Shown here: piece by piece, positions 48,651-59,461 of the stretch
How positions within the stretch are numbered: position 1 is the stretch's first letter
How the letters are laid out: every line of letters starts with the position of its first letter
Assembly: GCA_964507185.1 (NCBI GenBank)
Contig: CAZDOY010000011.1
Coordinates: 7,311 to 71,310, forward strand
Length of the DNA: 64,000 nucleotides
Direction: 5' to 3'
Source of the DNA: an uncultured Thermoanaerobaculia bacterium
GTDB lineage: Bacteria; Acidobacteriota; UBA4820; DSQY01
The notes under the pieces: model-generated
Database searches by the model: none
What the model was told of the DNA's origin: nothing
The model's input: the letters and a program-made list of their open reading frames with translations, nothing else
Translations under genes and position numbers: made by a program

Positions 48651-49685
48651 TCAAGGCGAAGGCTCGAACAGGCGGGGAGCCCCACTGTTGAGCCACGGTC
48701 TGCCGAGGTGCTCGCACGCCAGCCGGGTCACCCTCCGGCCGCGCGGCGTCCGATCGAGAAATCCGATCTGCATGAGATAGGGTTCGTAGATGTCCTCTAT
48801 CGTCTCTTTTTCCTCTCCGAGAGAGGCGGCGATGGTGTTCAGGCCCACCGGGCCGCCGTCGTACTTGTCCAGGATGGTTAGGAGGATCCGGCGGTCGAGT
48901 TCGTCCAGCCCGAACCGGTCAACCTCCAGACGTTCGAGGCTGTCCCTGGCCACGTCGTAGGTGATAGTCCCATCCGCGAGTATCTGCGCGTAGTCCCTCA
49001 CCCGCCTGAGGAGCCTGTTCGCAACGCGGGGCGTCCCCCTGGCGCGGCGGGCGATTTCTTCCGCAGCCTTCGCATCGGTGGGAACCACGAGGAGCCGGGC
49101 CGAGCGCTCGACGATGGAAGCCAGGTCCTGTTCGGAGTAGAAATCCATGTGAAAGGTGATGCCGAAGCGGTTCCTGAGGGGGGAGGTCAGGAGCCCGATG
49201 CGCGTGGTGGCACCGATCAGGGTGAAGGGAGGCAGGGGCAGCGTAATGGTTCGGGCCGAAGGGCCCTGCCCGACCAGCAGGTCCAGTTTGAAGTCCTCGA
49301 GGGCGGGGTATAGGATCTCTTCCACCGTGGGCGAGAGCCGATGGATCTCATCGATGAAGAGCACATCCATGGGCTCCAGGTTCGTCAGCAGCGCGGCCAG
49401 GTCTCCCGCCTTCTCGATGAGCGGTCCGGCCGTGGCGCGAATGCTGACGTCCATCTCGTTGGCGATGATGTGGGCCAGGGTCGTCTTTCCGAGGCCCGGA
49501 GGGCCGTACAGCAAAACGTGGTCCAGCGCTTCGCCGCGCTGCCTGGCGGCCTCGAGGAATACGGTGAGATTCCGGGTGATTTTGGGCTGTCCCACGTACT
49601 CGGAGAGGCGTTTGGGACGGAGAGCCGCCTCCCACTGGCGCTCTGCGGCGTCCCCGTCGCCCTGGACGAGCCTTTCCTCAGCCAT
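48651..49685 (-). CDS. ruvB: Holliday junction branch migration ATPase RuvB
   Basis: AAA+ Walker [10 protein letters not shown], Walker [11 protein letters not shown], sensor and winged-helix C-terminus. I set the start at ATG 49685 (MAEERLVQ); the track start at 49775 is an extension. Confidence 0.9.
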   Translation of the reverse strand: MAEERLVQGDGDAAERQWEAALRPKRLSEYVGQPKITRNLTVFLEAARQRGEALDHVLLYGPPGLGKTTLAHIIANEMDVSIRATAGPLIEKAGDLAALLTNLEPMDVLFIDEIHRLSPTVEEILYPALEDFKLDLLVGQGPSARTITLPLPPFTLIGATTRIGLLTSPLRNRFGITFHMDFYSEQDLASIVERSARLLVVPTDAKAAEEIARRARGTPRVANRLLRRVRDYAQILADGTITYDVARDSLERLEVDRFGLDELDRRILLTILDKYDGGPVGLNTIAASLGEEKETIEDIYEPYLMQIGFLDRTPRGRRVTRLACEHLGRPWLNSGAPRLFEPSP

Positions 49686-49820
49686 GGGTCTCTCCTCGTC
49701 GATTGCGGCCGTCCTGGAAAGCAGTCCGCTCGCCGCATTCCCGTATGCAGAAGATACGATCCGATATGCAGGCATTCAGCACGATACTACCATCCTTTTC
49801 CATCCACCGGCGGGCGGCGG

Positions 49821-50588
49821 CTAATGAAACAAAAGGCCCAGAAGGCCCTTGCTTTTGACCGCGGGTTTTGTGAAGTGGGTCTTCGCACCGGTATACGACG
49901 CGATCTTGAGCGTCACTTTCACCGTCTTCGTGCTCTCCTTGCCGTTCTTGGTTTCCACGCGCTTTATGTCCGCCTTGACGATCCTGAAGGGCGTATTCGG
50001 AGACAGCCAGTAGGTGCCCGTTTCCACGACCTTGTATTTCTGTGTGAAGAAAGAAGTCTCCGTGGTCGTGACCATGCGGACCCGTGAGCAATCGAAAACC
50101 TTCCCCTTGATGGTCTCGGCCTTGTCGGGGGGAAGATCCTCTACGTTCTGCGAAATCTTGATGTCCTTTGCCCGGCTGTGCATGAAGCCGAGTGCTCCGC
50201 CGGAGAGCCTGAAAGGTTCACCACCCGGTTCCTGGTAGGCCAGGGCGAGGGCTGCCAGAAATGGGTTCATGGCCTCGTCCTTGCTGGGGTCCGCCTTCAT
50301 CAGCAGGCGCAGGTAGCCGTCCCTGTAACCGGCGAAATTCGTCGGGCCGGCCTCAAGCCAGACATAGGGCACGCCATGGATTTCTTCTCCGCCTGTCACC
50401 AGGAGGTCGAAGGGCTCCTTTTTGACGTAGGTGCCTCTGTCCGTCTCGATGCGGTAACGCGCCCAGGCGCCCGGCGCGGGAAGGTGCGCCAGGAAGGTCG
50501 AGAGTTCCTGAGCGGCAGAGCCTGCGGTAAAGAGGGCCAGGGCCGCTAAGAGGACCATGATGCGGCAGAGTTTTGGTCGCTTCGGCAT
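49821..50588 (-). CDS. Hypothetical secreted protein (signal peptide MPKRPKLCRIMVLLAALALFTAGSAAQ)
   Basis: ORF with an N-terminal signal peptide when started at ATG 50588. No recognisable family. Confidence 0.45.
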   Translation of the reverse strand: MPKRPKLCRIMVLLAALALFTAGSAAQELSTFLAHLPAPGAWARYRIETDRGTYVKKEPFDLLVTGGEEIHGVPYVWLEAGPTNFAGYRDGYLRLLMKADPSKDEAMNPFLAALALAYQEPGGEPFRLSGGALGFMHSRAKDIKISQNVEDLPPDKAETIKGKVFDCSRVRMVTTTETSFFTQKYKVVETGTYWLSPNTPFRIVKADIKRVETKNGKESTKTVKVTLKIASYTGAKTHFTKPAVKSKGLLGLLFH

Positions 50589-50733
50589 ACCGGTTCTCCA
50601 TAGCGAAGGATAGCGCAAAGCAGGAAGGCCGGTCAAAAGAAATGCTGAGGCCTAAGGCCGAAAGGCCCAGGGGAAGGTCGAAAACGGGAACAAACGACCG
50701 GGAATGCGGGCTTCGTTGACCGTCCTTCGAGTC

Positions 50734-50770
50734 GATTGATGTGATCGCTTGATCACTCAATCACCGCGCC
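50734..50770. repeat. Tandem octamer array gATTGATGtGATCGCTtGATCACTcAATCACC (same family as 25264-25294), followed by the small palindrome GCGCCTGGAGGCGC
   Basis: Read directly from the sequence. The flanking CCGTCCTTCGAGTCGA motif also appears at 59111-59128. Confidence 0.55.
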
Positions 50771-50926
50771 TGGAGGCGCACCCGGCGTTCGGAGATCCGG
50801 GTATTTGGCCTGGGGATTTCGGCCGCGCAGATCGCAGGCTCTCCAAACGAAAGGAGACGTTTGTGGAAAAAGACGAATTTCTTTTCCGGCAGGGTGTTAA
50901 GGACATCAAGGCAAAGGTTTGATAAC

Positions 50927-50956
50927 TTGATTAGAGAAGGCTCGGAATGCTATAAG
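50927..50956 (+). promoter_or_regulatory. Candidate sigma70-type promoter of the hrcA operon (-35 TTGATT, 18-nt spacer, -10 TATAAG)
   Basis: The hexamers lie about 25 nt upstream of the hrcA ATG, and a GGAGG RBS is at 50966-50970. No CIRCE inverted repeat (TTAGCACTC-N9-GAGTGCTAA) was found. Confidence 0.35.
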
Positions 50957-50979
50957 TAATCGAATGGAGGTCTTCCGGT

Positions 50980-52020
50980 ATGGAGGATAGACTCAGCCCG
51001 CGCGAGGAAAGTATCCTCCTGGGGCTTCTCATGCATTATATCCAGACGAGGGAACCGGTCAGCTCAAAGACGCTGGCCGAACAGAGCCCGGAGAGGATCT
51101 CTTCGGCCACGGTGCGTTCGATCCTGGCCCGCCTGGAAGAGAAGGGCTTTCTTCAGCAGCCGCACCCCAATGCAGGACGCATTCCGACGGACCATTCCTA
51201 CCGCTACCTGACGAGACGAATCCTCTCCGATACCGGAGGGGATCCACCACTGAATCTGGCGGAGGTGGAGAGGCTTGTGTCGGACGGCAGCCTCAACGCG
51301 GTGGCGAAGGACGTCAGCGGGGTGCTGGCCCGGTCCGTACGGGCCCTGGGATTTGCCGTCACGCCGCCCGTCGAAAGCATGCGCATGAGACACTGCGAAC
51401 TCATCGCCATCGGTGAGAACCGTGTCCTGTGTCTCGTGGTTTCGCAGGCCGGCCAGATGCACGAGAAGGTCCTGTGGGCGGGCGAGGCCTACAGCCCCGA
51501 GCAGCTTCGCTGGTTCAGCGGGTATCTGAACGAGAGATACGCAGGCTGCACATTTCCTGAGATCCGGCGAAAGCTCCGTGCCCAGCTGGAGATCGAACGT
51601 TCCAGATATAACCACAGGGTGCTTAATGCGCTTGAACTGGTATCACTCTACTTTCGAGATGCTCCCCGCGACAGGGAGCTTTTCTGGGACGGCGCCACCT
51701 GGCTTCTGGAGTCGGCAAGCCTGGAAGACAACATGGAGGGTGTGAGGCGGCTGCTGGAGTCGCTTGAGAAGAAGAGCAGGCTTCTCGAACTCCTGGACAC
51801 GCTTGTCGAGAGCGGCGGTTCTCTGAAAGTGGTTCTGGGAAGCGATTGGCCGGATCCCCGGGTCCGGGATCTCGCGATGGTAGCCGCCCCCTTCGGAAAT
51901 GCGGACATCGGGTTCGGGGTCCTCGGGATCATCGGACCCAAGTCGCTGCGATACGATGCGGCCATATCCAGTGTACGAAAGACGGCTCGCCTGGCCACGC
52001 TGGCCGGGTCCCGTCTGTGA
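50980..52020 (+). CDS. hrcA: Heat-inducible transcription repressor HrcA
   Basis: N-terminal winged helix (LSPREESILLGLLMHYIQTREPVSSKTLAE) and the typical HrcA length and C-terminal domain. Confidence 0.85.
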   Translation: MEDRLSPREESILLGLLMHYIQTREPVSSKTLAEQSPERISSATVRSILARLEEKGFLQQPHPNAGRIPTDHSYRYLTRRILSDTGGDPPLNLAEVERLVSDGSLNAVAKDVSGVLARSVRALGFAVTPPVESMRMRHCELIAIGENRVLCLVVSQAGQMHEKVLWAGEAYSPEQLRWFSGYLNERYAGCTFPEIRRKLRAQLEIERSRYNHRVLNALELVSLYFRDAPRDRELFWDGATWLLESASLEDNMEGVRRLLESLEKKSRLLELLDTLVESGGSLKVVLGSDWPDPRVRDLAMVAAPFGNADIGFGVLGIIGPKSLRYDAAISSVRKTARLATLAGSRL

Positions 52021-52063
52021 AGGTGCTGGCCGTCCCGGCGGATCCGGAGACAGGGTTAGGGGA

Positions 52064-52735
52064 ATGAACGACAAAGACAGAAATGGACGGGAGGATCCTC
52101 CGGGGCGCTCTTCCGGGGATGATGAAATCTCCATTGAATTCCTCGACGACGAGGGCAAGCCCATTGATGTGGATCCGGCGTCGCAAGTGCATTCCCCTCC
52201 GGATGTGACGGATCGCAAAGGCATCGTGGAGAGGGATCCGGAGGCCGTCGGAGAAGAGAAAAACTGGAGGCAGCGTCTGGATGATGTCCACGAGCAGTAC
52301 CTTCGACAACGGGCGGACTTCGAGAACTACCGCAGGCGTGTTGACCGTGATCGAGAAGAATACCGGCGACTGGCGACGGCGGACGTAGTGTCCCTCATGC
52401 TGCCCGTTTTGGACAACCTCAACAGGGCGTTGAAGGTGCTGGAGACCGAAGCGCCCCAGGAGTGGTGCCAGGGGCTGGAACTGGTGCAGCAACAATTCGG
52501 GGAGGCGCTCCAGAAGCTCGGCGTTGAGGAAATCGATGCGCTGGGTAGACCGTTCGATCCAACCCGTCACGAAGCGGTCATGGTTGTGTCGCGGCCGGAC
52601 TTGCCCGCCGGCACGATCTCGGAGGTTTTCGAGAAGGGCTATACTCTTGGAGGAAGAGTGGTGAAGCCGGCCAGAGTAGTAGTTACCGGCGAGAACTTGG
52701 GCGATCAACAGACACGGGGAGAGACCGATGCCTAA
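52064..52735 (+). CDS. grpE: Nucleotide exchange factor GrpE
   Basis: Coiled-coil region and GrpE signature (RQRADFENYRRR...FDPTRHEAV). I set the start at ATG 52064; the track extension upstream is an artefact. Confidence 0.85.
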   Translation: MNDKDRNGREDPPGRSSGDDEISIEFLDDEGKPIDVDPASQVHSPPDVTDRKGIVERDPEAVGEEKNWRQRLDDVHEQYLRQRADFENYRRRVDRDREEYRRLATADVVSLMLPVLDNLNRALKVLETEAPQEWCQGLELVQQQFGEALQKLGVEEIDALGRPFDPTRHEAVMVVSRPDLPAGTISEVFEKGYTLGGRVVKPARVVVTGENLGDQQTRGETDA

Positions 52736-54557
52736 AGTAATCGGTATCGACCTTGGAACGACGAACTGCTGCATGGCCTATATAGAATCGGGCCAGCCGA
52801 TGGTCATCCCCAACAAGGAAGGGGGCCGGACCACGCCGTCCATTGTCGCATTCACCGAGCAAGGGGACAGACTGGTCGGCAACTTGGCCAAGCGCCAGGC
52901 CGTGACGAACCCCACGAACACAATCTACGCTGTCAAGCGCCTGATCGGTAAGAAATTCAACGATCCGACGGTGGCGAGCGCCCGCACGGTGTTGCCCTAC
53001 ACGATTACGGAAGCGCCCAACAGCGATGTCCGCATAAAAATCCGCGACAGGGAATACTCGGCCCAGGAAGTTTCGGCCTTCATAATCTCCGAGATCAAGA
53101 AGAGTGCGGAGGAGTTCTTCGGGGAAGAGATCAAGGAAGCGATCATCACCGTGCCCGCGTATTTTTCAGATCCTCAGAGGCAGGCCACAAAGGACGCCGG
53201 GCGCATTGCCGGGCTCGATGTGCTCCGCATCCTGAACGAACCGACGGCGGCCTGTATAGCCTTCAACCTCGAGGAAAGGAAGGCCAAGACCGTGGCCGTC
53301 TACGACCTCGGGGGGGGGACCTTCGACATAAGCATTCTGAAAGTGGGCGAAGGCCTTTTCGAGGTTGTGGCCACCTCCGGCGACACGTACCTCGGCGGCG
53401 AGGACATGGACAACGCAATCATGGTCGAGCTGATGAAGCGGTTCAACCGCGAGACAGGCATCGACCTCATGGGGGACCGGCTTGCCCTCCAGCGACTCAA
53501 GGAGGCTTCGGAGAAGGCCAAGTGCGAGCTTTCGGCCATGCCCACAACCGAGGTCAACCTGCCCTTCATCGCGGCCGATACATCGGGACCCCGTCACCTC
53601 GTCACGACACTCTCCAGGGAGGAGCTCGAGGACATTATCCGTGAAATCGTCGAAAGGACCAGGAAGCCGTGCGAGGAGGCCCTGGATATAGCCGGCCTGA
53701 ACGCGCAGGACATCGACGAGGTCCTCCTTGTCGGGGGACAGTCGAGAACGCCAATGGTGATCAAAGCGGTCACGGACATCTTCGGCAAGGAACCGAGAAG
53801 GGACAAGAATCCCGACGAAGTGGTCTCGCTGGGTGCAGCGCTGCAGGCGGGCATCATGAAGGGAGAGGTCAAGGAGATCGTCCTTCTGGACGCCATCCCT
53901 CTCAGCCTGGGCGTGAGCACCAAGGGGGATATGTTCGTCAAGCTCATCGAACGCGGCTCTGCCATCCCAACGAAGAAGTCACGAATCTTTACGACTGTCC
54001 TCGATAACCAGGATACGGTCGAGATCCACGTGCTTCAAGGCGAACGCGAGGTCGCCAGCGAGAACATCAGCCTGGGCAAATTCGAACTCGTCGGAATCCC
54101 GCCTGCTCCAAAGGGAATACCGCAGATCGAAGTAACGTTCGACATCAACGCGAACGGGATCGTCTCCGTCCACGCCAAGGATCTGATCACCGGGAACGAG
54201 CAGAAAATAGTCGTCAACCCGTCCTCCGGGCTCACCGAGGAGGAGATCGAGCGTATCGTGAGCGAAGCGCAGGCAAAGGCCGTGGAAGATCGAAACCTCA
54301 TAGAAATCCAGAAGCTCAAACTCAAGCTCGAACGACTCCTTGAGAGCAACCAGAAGTCTTTCAAGGAGTTCGGGGCGCTCTTGGACGAGGAAAAGAGCGC
54401 CATGGTTGAAAAGGCGTTGAAGGAAGCACATCGGAGCCTCTCGGTGGACAATCTCTCCCGGATGCAGGAATCCCTGGAACAGCTCTCCAAGGTATCGAGG
54501 ACACTCTCTGAAGTGATACTTTACGATCCCAACGCCATGGGAGGCCCACAAATATGA
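52728..54557 (+). CDS. dnaK: Molecular chaperone DnaK (Hsp70), a shorter divergent form
   Basis: [17 protein letters not shown] and [11 protein letters not shown] motifs. At 609 aa it lacks the acidic C-terminal tail. The N-terminus reads NCCMAY in place of the usual NSCVAV. Confidence 0.9.
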   Translation: MPKVIGIDLGTTNCCMAYIESGQPMVIPNKEGGRTTPSIVAFTEQGDRLVGNLAKRQAVTNPTNTIYAVKRLIGKKFNDPTVASARTVLPYTITEAPNSDVRIKIRDREYSAQEVSAFIISEIKKSAEEFFGEEIKEAIITVPAYFSDPQRQATKDAGRIAGLDVLRILNEPTAACIAFNLEERKAKTVAVYDLGGGTFDISILKVGEGLFEVVATSGDTYLGGEDMDNAIMVELMKRFNRETGIDLMGDRLALQRLKEASEKAKCELSAMPTTEVNLPFIAADTSGPRHLVTTLSREELEDIIREIVERTRKPCEEALDIAGLNAQDIDEVLLVGGQSRTPMVIKAVTDIFGKEPRRDKNPDEVVSLGAALQAGIMKGEVKEIVLLDAIPLSLGVSTKGDMFVKLIERGSAIPTKKSRIFTTVLDNQDTVEIHVLQGEREVASENISLGKFELVGIPPAPKGIPQIEVTFDINANGIVSVHAKDLITGNEQKIVVNPSSGLTEEEIERIVSEAQAKAVEDRNLIEIQKLKLKLERLLESNQKSFKEFGALLDEEKSAMVEKALKEAHRSLSVDNLSRMQESLEQLSKVSRTLSEVILYDPNAMGGPQI

Positions 54558-55672
54558 CCCCATCGGGTGACTACTACGAGATCCTGGGCGTTTCGCGCGA
54601 CGCCAGCCAGGAAGAAATCAAGAGCGCTTACCGCAAGGCGGCCCTCAAGAACCACCCGGACCGAAATCCCGGCAACAAGGAGGCGGAGGAGAAGTTCAAA
54701 GCGGCTTCCGAAGCCTACTCGGTCGTCGGAGATCCCCAAAGAAGGGCTCAGTACGACCGTTTCGGCACCGTGGGCGATATCGGGCAGGGCGGGATCCCCT
54801 GGGATTCTGGCCTCTTCGACGATTTTGCCGATCTCCTGGGAGGGCTGTTCGGGTTCGGAGACCTCTTCGGAGGCGGCCGGCGATCACGCAGACCCCAGCG
54901 CGGCGCGGACCTGCGCCATGATCTGCGGCTCACCTTCGAGGAGGCCTTCGCAGGCAAGGACGAAGAAATCAAGATACCGAAAGAGGAGCCGTGCGACGTG
55001 TGTGACGGCAGCGGTTCCAAGAGCGGCCAACGCATAACCTGCAGCGCCTGCAGGGGACGCGGAACGGTGGCCTTCAGGCAGGGCTTCTTCACGGTAAGCA
55101 GGACGTGCCCGCAATGCGGGGGCGAGGGCGAAATCGTGCGGGATCCGTGCCCGGAATGTCGCGGCAGTGGAAGAAAGCGTAGCCAGAAGACCATCAAGGT
55201 CCGGATTCCCGCGGGCGTCGATACAGGCATGCGTCTCCGCATCGCGGGCGAGGGTGACGCCGGCGAGAAGATGGGACCGCCCGGCGACCTTTATCTCTTC
55301 CTGGAGGTGGAGGACCACCCGTTCTTCAACCGGTCCGGAGAGGACATATTCTGCACGGTGCCGCTCAGCTTCCCGCAGGCCGCCCTGGGCACGGAAATGG
55401 TCATTACAACCCTGGACGGGGACGAGAAGCTGAGCATTCCGGCGGGCACCCGGCACGGCCACCGCTTCAAGATTTCCGGAAAAGGCATGCCCAGGATGGG
55501 CCACCAGGGCAGGGGCGATCTGTACGTCGGGATCGACGTTCAGACTCCAAAGCGCCTGAGCAAGGAGGAGAAGAATCTCTACGCCGAGTTGATGCAGCTG
55601 GAGAAAGAGAGGGAAGAGCGGGGAGGCGGCTTCTTCCGAAAAGTCTTTGCACGCCTAGCCGAGGGGAGGTAA
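54554..55672 (+). CDS. dnaJ: Molecular chaperone DnaJ
   Basis: J domain with HPD ([15 protein letters not shown]), a Gly/Phe region and four CxxCxGxG zinc-finger repeats. Confidence 0.9.
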   Translation: MTPSGDYYEILGVSRDASQEEIKSAYRKAALKNHPDRNPGNKEAEEKFKAASEAYSVVGDPQRRAQYDRFGTVGDIGQGGIPWDSGLFDDFADLLGGLFGFGDLFGGGRRSRRPQRGADLRHDLRLTFEEAFAGKDEEIKIPKEEPCDVCDGSGSKSGQRITCSACRGRGTVAFRQGFFTVSRTCPQCGGEGEIVRDPCPECRGSGRKRSQKTIKVRIPAGVDTGMRLRIAGEGDAGEKMGPPGDLYLFLEVEDHPFFNRSGEDIFCTVPLSFPQAALGTEMVITTLDGDEKLSIPAGTRHGHRFKISGKGMPRMGHQGRGDLYVGIDVQTPKRLSKEEKNLYAELMQLEKEREERGGGFFRKVFARLAEGR

Positions 55673-55675
55673 GCC

Positions 55676-56326
55676 ATGAGGGAGTTGGCCGTGGCATGCG
55701 GCATGGTTGGACTGGTAAGCCTGATGGGATGCTCCACGCTCATGAACCCCGGAGACGACCTCTCGAAGCGGGTGGATTACCTTCGACAGGACGTGGAAGA
55801 CCTTACGAAACAGCAGAAGGCGCTCACCGAACAAATTTCGCAGCTCCGCGAGCAACTGCGCGAGGGCCCGCCCTCGACGGCCGAGACTCCCGCTCCCAAG
55901 GCCGAAGCCAAAGTCCGGGAGCCCTCGGGCGAACAGGAAGCGACGAACATGGCATCGGACCCTGCGAGCCGTTACAAGAGAGCATTCGACCTGATGGAGG
56001 CGGGGAAGTATGGGCAGGCCGAGTCGGCCTTCGCCGACTTCGTATCGCAGTTCCCCCAGTCTGAACTGGCAGACAACGCCCAGTACTGGATCGGCGAGTG
56101 CCTTTACGCGGAGAACCACTACGAGGACGCCCTGACCTCCTTCAAGGCCGTTTCCAACCACTTCCCCTTCGGCAACAAGGTCCCGGACGCTCTGTACAAA
56201 CAGGCCATGTGCGAGCAGAAACTCGGTAAGAATGCCGAGGCGAAGAAGACCCTCGAAAAGTTGCGCGACTATTATCCATACTCCGAGGCGGCCTCCAAGG
56301 CAAAGAAACTCCTGGCCCAACCCTGA
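55676..56326 (+). CDS. YbgF/CpoB-like periplasmic lipoprotein (coiled-coil plus C-terminal TPR)
   Basis: Lipobox LMGC, a coiled-coil (DVEDLTKQQKALTEQISQLREQL) and C-terminal TPR-like repeats (AQYWIGECLYAENHYEDAL...ALYKQAMCEQKLGK), as in Tol-Pal YbgF. Confidence 0.6.
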   Translation: MRELAVACGMVGLVSLMGCSTLMNPGDDLSKRVDYLRQDVEDLTKQQKALTEQISQLREQLREGPPSTAETPAPKAEAKVREPSGEQEATNMASDPASRYKRAFDLMEAGKYGQAESAFADFVSQFPQSELADNAQYWIGECLYAENHYEDALTSFKAVSNHFPFGNKVPDALYKQAMCEQKLGKNAEAKKTLEKLRDYYPYSEAASKAKKLLAQP

Positions 56327-56338
56327 GCGGAGCGGTAC

Positions 56339-57226
56339 GTGGCCATTCCACCGGGAGAATGGGTGCCCGTAGCGACGGACGCATCGGCGCGACGCTACTT
56401 CCAGGGCACCTACAAAGGAAAGAAGTCTCTTCTTGCGGATTTCCGCGCCGACCTGGACGGACGGGCGAGGTTCGTGCATGTCGCTTCGCTTTTCTGTCGC
56501 CACGGCCTCTACGTTCCGGAGATAATCAAGTGCCCTGACGGTGAGTCCTACCTGATCCAGGAATGGATCGAGGGCTGGCCGCTGGCAAAAGTGAAGTGGT
56601 CGCGCAGGCTCGAGGACCCCCTCCTGGACACCGCATTCAAGATCGGTGAAATAGAGTCGTGGGGGGAGGGTCCGGAGATTCTGGAGCTGGACGAGGCCAG
56701 GATGGCTTTCGAACTGTCCTTCTTCAGGCTGCATTTCATGGAGGACTTTCTCAACACGCCCGTGCCCGCCGGTCTGCCGCAGGCCTTATCGGCCCTGGTC
56801 GAGCAGATCGGCACCTTTCCGCTCAAGCTCGCGCACCGGGACTTCCACTCCGAGAATGTCATCGCCACCGGCGACAAGCGGCTCGTTCTCGTGGATTTCC
56901 AGGATGCTCTCATGGCTCCGCGCTGCTACGATGCGGCCTCCCTGGCCGTCGATGCCTACAGGTTGCAGGACAGGCGCATAGCGGAGAGGTTCATGAACGG
57001 ATGGCTGGAGAGAAGCGAGGCCACCGCCGAGGAATTCAGGATGACGGCTCTCCAGCGCGCCCTGAAGGCCCTCGGGACTTTCGGTTACCAGGTGACGAGA
57101 CAGAAGAAGGTGCGCTTCCTCAAATTCATCCGGCCCACCGCCACGCAGGCGCTGTCGCTCCTGGACGCCGCGCCCGTTTCCCTCGACTGCCTCAGGCCCG
57201 TGCTCACGCAGGCGACGCAGATATGA
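56339..57226 (+). CDS. Phosphotransferase-family (APH/choline-kinase-like) small-molecule kinase
   Basis: Kinase catalytic motif HRDFHSENV (HxDxxxxN) and a DFQD motif. GTG start with GGAG RBS. Confidence 0.6.
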   Translation: MAIPPGEWVPVATDASARRYFQGTYKGKKSLLADFRADLDGRARFVHVASLFCRHGLYVPEIIKCPDGESYLIQEWIEGWPLAKVKWSRRLEDPLLDTAFKIGEIESWGEGPEILELDEARMAFELSFFRLHFMEDFLNTPVPAGLPQALSALVEQIGTFPLKLAHRDFHSENVIATGDKRLVLVDFQDALMAPRCYDAASLAVDAYRLQDRRIAERFMNGWLERSEATAEEFRMTALQRALKALGTFGYQVTRQKKVRFLKFIRPTATQALSLLDAAPVSLDCLRPVLTQATQI

Positions 57227-57327
57227 TTTCGAAGGAATCGGGGGACAGCCGAAAACGCCTGTAGGAATACTGCATGCCGTGTTCCGCGCCCAGGTTCCAC
57301 CGGGGAAGGATGCGGAGATGCCGGGCA

Positions 57328-57356
57328 TTAAACATTAAAAATGAAAGACTTATAAT
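57328..57356 (+). promoter_or_regulatory. Candidate promoter with a perfect TATAAT -10 (57351-57356) upstream of the mutase gene
   Basis: An AT-rich island (cattaaacattaaaaatgaaagacTTATAATctgatag) in a GC-rich context sits about 30 nt before the mutase ATG. The -35 match is weak (TTAAAC). Confidence 0.3.
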
Positions 57357-57386
57357 CTGATAGTACCCGATGTGGAGGACGGCGCC

Positions 57387-59051
57387 ATGACCGACAAGAT
57401 GAGAGACACGAATCATGCGGAAAGCCAGGCCCGCTACCGCGATCGCCTGCGGAAGCAACTGGCCGGGAACGGAAAAGAGGCCGTCGAGACGGAATCCTGC
57501 ATTCCCATGGAGCCGCTCTTCACACCTTCGGACCTCGGGCCGTGGGACTACATGGAGAAGCTCGGATTCCCCGGGGATTACCCATTCACGAGAGGTGTCC
57601 AGCCCAGCATGTACCGCGGACGTTTCTGGACCATGCGCCAGTACGCCGGTTTCGGAACGGCCGAGGAATCCAACAAGCGCTACCGTTACCTTCTCGACAA
57701 GGGCCAGACGGGGCTCTCCGTGGCCTTCGACCTCCCGACGCAGATGGGCCTGGACTCGGACGATCCGCTCGCCGAAGGAGAGGTGGGCAAGGTAGGGGTC
57801 GCCATCGACACGCTTGAGGACATGGAGACCCTACTGTCCGGCATCCCTCTCGACAGGGTGTCCACGTCGATGACCATCAACGCCACGGCTTTCGTCCTCC
57901 TTGCGCTGTACATGGCCGTGGCCGAAGGCCAGGGCGTGGGGCCCGAAAAGCTGACGGGTACTATCCAGAACGACATTCTCAAGGAATACGTCGCGAGGGG
58001 AACCTACATTTTCCCCCCGCGGCCCTCGCTGCGCGTCATCACGGACATCTTTGCGTACGCCACCGAGAAACTGCCCCGCTTCAACACCATCTCCATCTCG
58101 GGCTACCATATCCGGGAGGCCGGTAGCACAGCGGCCCAGGAAATCGCCTTCACCCTCCTGGACGGAATGACCTACGTGCAGTCAGCCGTGGATCTCGGAC
58201 TGGACGTGAACGCCTTCGGCGAACGGCTGTCCTTCTTTTTCAACGCCCACAACAACTTCCTGGAGGAAGTGGCCAAGTACCGCGCCGCGCGCCGGCTCTG
58301 GGCCAGGCTCATGAAGGAGAGATTCGGCGTCACCAATCCACGCGCCACGATGCTTCGCTTCCATACGCAGACGGCAGGCTCGACCCTCACGGCGCAACAG
58401 CCCGACGTAAACGTGGTGCGTGTGGCGCTGCAGGCGCTGGCGGCAGTCATGGGGGGTACGCAGTCGCTCCATACCAATTCGCGCGACGAGGCCCTGGGAC
58501 TGCCCACGACCGAGGCGGCGACCCTGGCCCTCAGGACTCAGCAGGTCATAGCCCACGAAAGCGGCGTGACGGACACCGCCGACCCGCTTGGCGGTTCTTA
58601 TGCCGTGGAGTACCTCACGGATCACCTCGAAAATGTGGCGGGGGACATCATGGAAGCTGTGGACAAGCGCGGGGGCATGATAGCCGCCATCGAGTCGGGT
58701 TACGTGCAGGGGGAGATCCAGGACGCGGCCTACAGGTACCAACAGGGGGTGGAGCGGGGCGAGAAGGTGGTCGTCGGCGTCAACCGCTTTGTAGAAGAGG
58801 AGTCGGTGGCCACGCCGATCCTCAAGGTCGATCCCGAGCTGGAACGGGAGCAGGCGGAGCGCGTGCGTTCCGTTCGGGCAAGGCGGGACGCAGGCGCCGT
58901 GACGCGCGCCCTGGGGAGACTCGACGCGGCGGCAAAGGACGGCGGCAACCTTATGGGTCCGACAATGGAGGCCGTAAAGGCCTACGCCTCCGTCGGCGAG
59001 ATCATCAAAACACTTAAGAACACCTTCGGGACCTACCAGGCGACGAGCTGA
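57387..59051 (+). CDS. Methylmalonyl-CoA mutase family, large (substrate-binding TIM-barrel) subunit; no B12-binding domain
   Basis: 555 aa with acyl-CoA mutase catalytic-domain signatures ([20 protein letters not shown]; [21 protein letters not shown]). ATG 57387 with GGAGGA 7 nt upstream. The track GTG at 57372 is not used. Confidence 0.85.
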   Translation: MTDKMRDTNHAESQARYRDRLRKQLAGNGKEAVETESCIPMEPLFTPSDLGPWDYMEKLGFPGDYPFTRGVQPSMYRGRFWTMRQYAGFGTAEESNKRYRYLLDKGQTGLSVAFDLPTQMGLDSDDPLAEGEVGKVGVAIDTLEDMETLLSGIPLDRVSTSMTINATAFVLLALYMAVAEGQGVGPEKLTGTIQNDILKEYVARGTYIFPPRPSLRVITDIFAYATEKLPRFNTISISGYHIREAGSTAAQEIAFTLLDGMTYVQSAVDLGLDVNAFGERLSFFFNAHNNFLEEVAKYRAARRLWARLMKERFGVTNPRATMLRFHTQTAGSTLTAQQPDVNVVRVALQALAAVMGGTQSLHTNSRDEALGLPTTEAATLALRTQQVIAHESGVTDTADPLGGSYAVEYLTDHLENVAGDIMEAVDKRGGMIAAIESGYVQGEIQDAAYRYQQGVERGEKVVVGVNRFVEEESVATPILKVDPELEREQAERVRSVRARRDAGAVTRALGRLDAAAKDGGNLMGPTMEAVKAYASVGEIIKTLKNTFGTYQATS

Positions 59052-59073
59052 GTGCCGCGTGCCGGAGCACTTG

Positions 59074-59107
59074 TCGAGTGATCGAGTCATCAGGCGATCC
59101 AGTCGGG
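59074..59107. repeat. Tandem octamer array in reverse orientation (GAGTGATCGAGTCATCAGGCGATCC); a second half-array lies at 59181-59202
   Basis: The reverse complement reads GGATCGCCtGATGACTcGATCACTc, the same family as 25264-25294. Confidence 0.55.
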
Positions 59108-59461
59108 GGCCGTCCTTCGAAAAAATCGAGCCGCATACCCTGGCGCCGTTGACTGAAGCGCGTCTCCCCCCTAGCGGCGCGGTGACCGAGTGATCCAGAG
59201 CCTGCCTGCGCGGTAAGCGGGTGAGTAAGAAATGAGGCGAGCAGGGCGCACGGAGGTCTTCGAATGCCCGTCCCCTGCCGTCCTGCATCTTCAATTCAGC
59301 CTTCAGCCCGTCGCTGTTGGGCTCAGGAAAAGCTTTCTTATTATGGCCCTTGTGGAATACGAAAGGGGGGTTGCATCGTATAATAAAAAGATGCCTGAAG
59401 GTCGCCGTCGCCTGGCGAGAGTCGCCGGGCGACGGGGCGATCCCGGACGACTGGAGGTTCT

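Noticed and set aside
50880-50980. CIRCE heat-shock operator upstream of hrcA
   Set aside because: I looked for TTAGCACTC-N9-GAGTGCTAA or close variants and found none. I report only a sigma70-like promoter.
59351-59384. Sigma54 (-24/-12) promoter in the mutase-sixA spacer (TGGAAT...TTGCAT)
   Set aside because: The spacing between the GG and GC elements is far from the required 10-11 nt. The adjacent TATAAT is noted, but no sigma54 call is made.
59052-59461. Cobalamin riboswitch next to the B12-dependent mutase gene
   Set aside because: The spacer is downstream of the mutase, not in its leader, and I could not find the conserved B12-box core. The repeats belong to the GATCACT family instead.
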